DNA from: Spirochaetia bacterium
GTDB lineage: Bacteria > Spirochaetota > Spirochaetia > SZUA-6 > Bin103
Direction: 5' to 3'
Assembly (NCBI GenBank): GCA_965203905.1
Contig: CBDBDQ010000005.1
Span: 1,824,001 to 1,888,000 of the forward strand
DNA: 64,000 bases
The stretch's first letter is position 1. The number at the start of each line of letters is the position of its first letter. The notes under the pieces are model-generated. The model saw nothing but the letters and a program-made list of their open reading frames with translations, was not told where the DNA came from and made no database searches. The translations under genes were made by a program, and so were the position numbers. Positions 59,890-64,000 of the stretch are shown here, one piece after another.

Positions 59890-61854
59890 ATGGGTGTTGA
59901 AGAGACGGTGACGCCCGATCTGCCGCGCCTGGTGCGGGAGCTGCCGCGGGCTCCCGGCGTCTACCTGCTCAAGGACCGTCGCGGCCGGGTGCTGTACGTG
60001 GGCAAGTCGAAGAACCTGCGCGCCCGGGTAGGCACCTACTTCAACGCCGCCGGCCCCGGTGGGGCGCGCGACATCAAGACCCACGTGCTGATGAGCAAGG
60101 TGGCGGACTTCGAGGTGATCGTGACCCAGAGCGAGTTCGAGGCGCTGCTGCTGGAGAACTCCCTCATCAAGGACCGCGCCCCGCGCTACAACATCAATCT
60201 CAAGGACGGCAAGTCCTACCCCGTCATCCGCCTGACCAACGAGGAGTACCCCAAGGTATTCCGCACCCGCACCATCGTCCTCGACGGCTCCGAGTACTTC
60301 GGGCCGTTTCCCAAGGTCAACCAGATCGACGTCTATCTCACCCTGATCGACAAGCTGTTTCCCCTGCGCAAGCGCGGCGAAGTGTTCAAGCGCCGCGAGC
60401 AGCCGTGCCTCAATTTTCACATCGGCCGCTGTGCGGCGCCCTGTGTCGGCAACATCGCGGCGCCCGACTACCGGCGGCGGGTGGCCGCGGTGCGCAAGCT
60501 GCTCACCGGGAACAGCGCCGCGCTGATCCGCGAGCTGCGTGCCCTCATGGAGCAGGAGGCCGGCGCGTTGCGCTTCGAGCGGGCGGCGGAGTACCGCGAC
60601 CAGATCCGCGCCATCGGCGAGGTGGTGGAGAGCGAGCAGGACGTGGTCGACTTCTCACGCGAGGCGCGCGACTACGTGGGCTGCCACCGGGACGGCGCGC
60701 ACTACACCGTCACCCTGCTGCCGATCCGCCACGGGGAGCTGCTCGGCAAGGAGCGCTTCCGGCTGACCGACCCGGCGCCGCCGGAGGAGGTGCTGCCGAG
60801 CTTTCTGCTGCAGTACTACGCCGGCATCCAGACCCGGCCGCGCACCGTGTTCCTGCGCCTGCCGGCCGCGGCGGCGGAGCTGCTGCAGCGGGCCCTCGAC
60901 CGTACCCTGCTGGGCGCCGGGGCCGAGGCAGCCGAGGCGGCCGCGGCGGCGGACCCCGCAGCGGCGGTTGCGCAAGCGGCACCAGGCGGCCGGCGGCCGG
61001 CCCGGCTCGCCGTGAAGGTGCCGCAGCGTGGCAAGCACGCGCGCTTCCTGCGCCTGGCGGAGCACAACGCGCGCGTGGACTGGGAGACCGGCGAGCAGCA
61101 GCGCGCCGACCGCGACGCCAGGCTCGGCGCCCTGGAGGCGCTGCGCGATGCCCTGGGCCTGGATGCCGCCCCGCGCCGCATCGAGGCGTTCGACATCTCC
61201 ACCTTGCAGGGCAGCGACACGGTGGCCTCGCTGGTGGTGTTCGTCGACGGGCACCCGGAAAAACAGTCCTACCGCCACTTCAAGCTGCGCACGCTGGGGG
61301 GCCAGGTGGACGACTTCGCGGCCATGCGCGAGGTGATCGCGCGGCGCTACACGCGCGCGGTCAACGACAACCGCCCGCTCCCCGACCTGGTGCTGGTGGA
61401 CGGCGGCAAGGGCCAGGTAAGCGCCGCGGTACGCATCCTGCGGGCGCTGGAGCTGGGCCACGTGCCGGTCGCCGGACTGGCCAAGCGCAACGAGGAGGTG
61501 TTTCTGCCGGGACGTTCCAGCCCGGTGCTCCTGCCCGACGCGTCGCCGGCCCTGCGCGTGCTGCAGAGCGCCCGCGACGAGTCCCACCGCTTCGCCAACG
61601 GCTTCAACCGCCGCCTGCGCAGCAAGCGCATCTCGCTGTCGCTGCTGGAGTCGGTGCACGGCATCGGCCGTGCCCGCAGCCGCCGCCTGCTGGAGGTGTT
61701 CGGCTCGGTGGAGGCGATGCTGGCCGAGTCGCCCCAGACGATCGCCTCGCGGGCCGGGATTACACGCGAAACTGCCGCCACACTCCTCGTCCACCTCGCG
61801 CAACAACGTGATACAGAAGAAGCTGCAGCAGCGGCTCGGTCAGCTCCTGGCTGA
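59890..61854 (+). CDS. uvrC: Excinuclease ABC subunit C
   Basis: PGVY...YVGKSKNLR GIY-YIG, PRYNI, IEAFDIS, DGGKGQ, RDESHRFA, HhH. Confidence 0.97.
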   Translation: MGVEETVTPDLPRLVRELPRAPGVYLLKDRRGRVLYVGKSKNLRARVGTYFNAAGPGGARDIKTHVLMSKVADFEVIVTQSEFEALLLENSLIKDRAPRYNINLKDGKSYPVIRLTNEEYPKVFRTRTIVLDGSEYFGPFPKVNQIDVYLTLIDKLFPLRKRGEVFKRREQPCLNFHIGRCAAPCVGNIAAPDYRRRVAAVRKLLTGNSAALIRELRALMEQEAGALRFERAAEYRDQIRAIGEVVESEQDVVDFSREARDYVGCHRDGAHYTVTLLPIRHGELLGKERFRLTDPAPPEEVLPSFLLQYYAGIQTRPRTVFLRLPAAAAELLQRALDRTLLGAGAEAAEAAAAADPAAAVAQAAPGGRRPARLAVKVPQRGKHARFLRLAEHNARVDWETGEQQRADRDARLGALEALRDALGLDAAPRRIEAFDISTLQGSDTVASLVVFVDGHPEKQSYRHFKLRTLGGQVDDFAAMREVIARRYTRAVNDNRPLPDLVLVDGGKGQVSAAVRILRALELGHVPVAGLAKRNEEVFLPGRSSPVLLPDASPALRVLQSARDESHRFANGFNRRLRSKRISLSLLESVHGIGRARSRRLLEVFGSVEAMLAESPQTIASRAGITRETAATLLVHLAQQRDTEEAAAAARSAPG

Positions 61855-62872
61855 GGAGGCGGGCGCGGGCGTCGAACTCCGTCAGCAGGCGGTAGATCGG
61901 CTCCATCTCGGCATCGGAGTAACGGCGGTGCGCCTCCTGGTAGGTGCGCTGCAGGCGTTTGCCGGTAATGCGCAGCTTCTGCAGCGCGGCCGCCTGGGAG
62001 CTGCGTGCGGCCAGCAGCTCCTTGAGCTGCGTCAGGCGCTGAAACTGACTCAGCAGCACGCCGATGATCTGCACCGCATCGCCACGGCGTGACAGCAGCA
62101 GCGTGGTGAGCGTCTCCAGGCTGCCCTGCAGGTCGCGTTCCGCCACCCGGTCGAACAGGGAGAACACGGTCTCTTCCTTGCTGTGGTAGAGGTACTGCTC
62201 GATATCGGGCGCCGCGATGGCGGCGCCCGCCCCGAAGAAGCTGGCCAGGTTGCCGCACAGCGCCTCCAGCGCCGCGACGTCGGCCGGGACCAGCTCCAGA
62301 ATCAGGGCGCAAGCCTCCGCATCGATACGTATCTCCCGGCTGCGGAAATAGTGCACCAGCCAGCCCTGCTTCTCGTTGTCGAACATCTCCCAGAAGATCC
62401 GGGTGCGTTGCTTGGGCACGGCACGGCTGAGGGCGGCCGGCAGGTCACGGGCCATGCCGCCGGTGGCGATGATCAGCGTGCTGGCGGGCGCCGGATCCTC
62501 GCAGTAGGCGACCAGCGCCGCAAGCTGGTTCCCCGCGCGCAGGTCCTGCGCCTCCTGCAGCAGCACGACCCGGTGGGCGACGAACAGCCCCGGCGTGCGC
62601 AGGGTCGCGACCAGGTCGATCAGGTCGGCGTCGTAGGGGAAGGCGCGCAGCATCTCGACCTCGCCGTGGCTGCCTTCCGCGGCGGCCACGATCTGCTCCA
62701 CGAAGGCGCGCTTGCGGCCCGCCTCCGGACCGAGCAGCAGGTGTACGCCGCCGACCAGGCTGCCGCCGGACCCCGCCTGGCCGCGCGCCGAGCCCCGCGC
62801 CCGCGACCGGCCCGCCGCGCGCGGCGCACGCGCCGTACGCGCCGTACCCCGGCGTTCCGGCTCAGCCGCCAC
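61760..62872 (-). CDS. holA: DNA polymerase III delta subunit
   Basis: HLLLGPEAGRK, LRTPGLF, FWEMFDNEK, HSKEETVFSLF; position after lexA; start uncertain. Confidence 0.8.
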   Translation of the reverse strand: MAAEPERRGTARTARAPRAAGRSRARGSARGQAGSGGSLVGGVHLLLGPEAGRKRAFVEQIVAAAEGSHGEVEMLRAFPYDADLIDLVATLRTPGLFVAHRVVLLQEAQDLRAGNQLAALVAYCEDPAPASTLIIATGGMARDLPAALSRAVPKQRTRIFWEMFDNEKQGWLVHYFRSREIRIDAEACALILELVPADVAALEALCGNLASFFGAGAAIAAPDIEQYLYHSKEETVFSLFDRVAERDLQGSLETLTTLLLSRRGDAVQIIGVLLSQFQRLTQLKELLAARSSQAAALQKLRITGKRLQRTYQEAHRRYSDAEMEPIYRLLTEFDARARLLSQELTEPLLQLLLYHVVARGGRGVWRQFRV

Positions 62873-62892
62873 CGCAGCGCGGTGCCGGAGCG

Positions 62893-63498
62893 TCAATAGG
62901 CACGCTGCACCGCCCGCAGCCGGCCGAGGATCCTGAGGTTGCGGGTGAACATGACCGGGTAGGCGGGATTCTCGGCTTGCAGGCGGACCCGGTTGGCTTC
63001 CAGGAAGAACCGTTTGAGAGTCGCCTCCTCGCCGATCATCACCACCACGATGTCGCCGCTGGCGGCGTGCTGCTGGCGCCGGACGATGGCGATGTCGCCG
63101 TCGAGGATGCCGGCGTTCTGCATGCTGTCGCCCTTGACCCGCAGCGCGAAGTGCTCCCCGGACCCGAGCAGCTCTCCGGACATTGCCACCGTGCCCTCGG
63201 GACTGTCCTCCGCAAACACCGGCGTACCGGCCGCAACACTGCCCAGCAGTGGCACCCGCACCAGCTCCTGGAGCCGCTCCGGCGTGCCGTCGTCGAGCAC
63301 CTCCATGGCCCGCGAACGGCCCTCGCTCCAACGCACGAAGCCCTTCTTGCGCAGTGCCTTGAGATGATCGTACGCGCCCCTCAGGGAGATCGCGAAGTGG
63401 CCGGCAAGCTCACGCACCGAGGGCGGGTACTTGTGCTGTTCAACGAACTGATTGATGAACTTCAGCACCTCGCGCTGGCGCATCGTCAAGCCTTTCAT
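62893..63498 (-). CDS. lexA: SOS repressor LexA
   Basis: LTMRQREVL, YPPSVRE, VAAG, GDSM, ATLKRF. Confidence 0.96.
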   Translation of the reverse strand: MKGLTMRQREVLKFINQFVEQHKYPPSVRELAGHFAISLRGAYDHLKALRKKGFVRWSEGRSRAMEVLDDGTPERLQELVRVPLLGSVAAGTPVFAEDSPEGTVAMSGELLGSGEHFALRVKGDSMQNAGILDGDIAIVRRQQHAASGDIVVVMIGEEATLKRFFLEANRVRLQAENPAYPVMFTRNLRILGRLRAVQRAY

Positions 63499-63558
63499 GG
63501 CTGCCCGCTCCGTCGCACGTCGGCCATTATGGTGATTGCGCCGGGATCCGCCAAGGGG

Positions 63559-63825
63559 TCACGTATCTTCGAAGCGGCGTGCGAACAACTCTTCCAGGGC
63601 GCCCACGGCGGCGCGTTCATCGCTGCCGTCGGCAATGATCTTGACCGTGGTCTGGTAGGTGGCACCCAACGTAATGATGCCCATGATGGACTTGCCGTTG
63701 ACCCGTTCGTCTCCGCTCTCCAGGAATATGTCGCAGGAGAACGCGCTTGCAGTCTGTACCAGCTTGGCGGCAGGACGGGCATGGATACCCGCCCGATTGA
63801 TAATGAGAACCTCGCGTTCGATCAA
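63559..63825 (-). CDS. ptsH: Phosphocarrier protein HPr
   Basis: GIHARPAA, NGKSIMG. Confidence 0.96.
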   Translation of the reverse strand: MIEREVLIINRAGIHARPAAKLVQTASAFSCDIFLESGDERVNGKSIMGIITLGATYQTTVKIIADGSDERAAVGALEELFARRFEDT

Positions 63826-63828
63826 ACG

Positions 63829-64000
63829 TTACCACTCCTCTATCGTTACCGCCCGCGGACGCCTGCTGTCCATCCAGCGAGTGACGTTGCGGTTGAACTC
63901 TGCGGCCGAATAGTAGCCCATGTGCTTGAGCCGTTCGTTCATCGCGGCGGTCTCGATGAGAATCCAGATGGGACGCCCGGGGCGTACCGGAATCAGCACC
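63829..64000 (-). CDS. hprK: HPr kinase/phosphorylase, C-terminal part (runs off window)
   Basis: VLIPVRPGRPIWILIETAAMNERLKHMGYYSAAEF. Confidence 0.9.
   Translation of the reverse strand, partial: VLIPVRPGRPIWILIETAAMNERLKHMGYYSAAEFNRNVTRWMDSRRPRAVTIEEW

Overview
GC-rich bacterial chromosome segment. The gene orders rsmI-flgM and hprK-ptsH-lexA-holA suggest Spirochaetota. The cadherin/FN3 giant adhesin and PhyH, Uma2 and amidohydrolase genes suggest a host-associated (possibly sponge) lineage; both points are inference. Housekeeping blocks (lspA, rpmE2, murA, folC, purM, trpS, htpG, phoBR-like, gltA, dcd, uvrC, holA, lexA, ptsH, hprK) alternate with accessory regions. Main points: (1) two copies of a ~2.1 kb element encoding only a ~530-550 aa C-terminal-HNH protein, with a conserved ~380-430 nt non-coding left arm; copy 2 has imperfect terminal inverted repeats and a 7-bp target-site duplication but no transposase, and copy 1 abuts a truncated Rieske gene; (2) a 59-aa bacterial histone-fold gene at 20963-21142 that the ORF track missed; (3) an ~850 nt lower-GC, hairpin-rich region without a credible ORF, upstream of two tiny membrane/lipoprotein ORFs; (4) a sigma54 promoter driving a ~3050 aa cadherin/FN3 autotransporter-like adhesin and two duplicated PAS kinases, with a convergent sigma54 activator next to tRNA-Ala(CGC); (5) a methyltransferase/toxin-antitoxin islet with gene remnants. 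No CRISPR array or rRNA was seen. All family calls come from motif recognition, not database searches.
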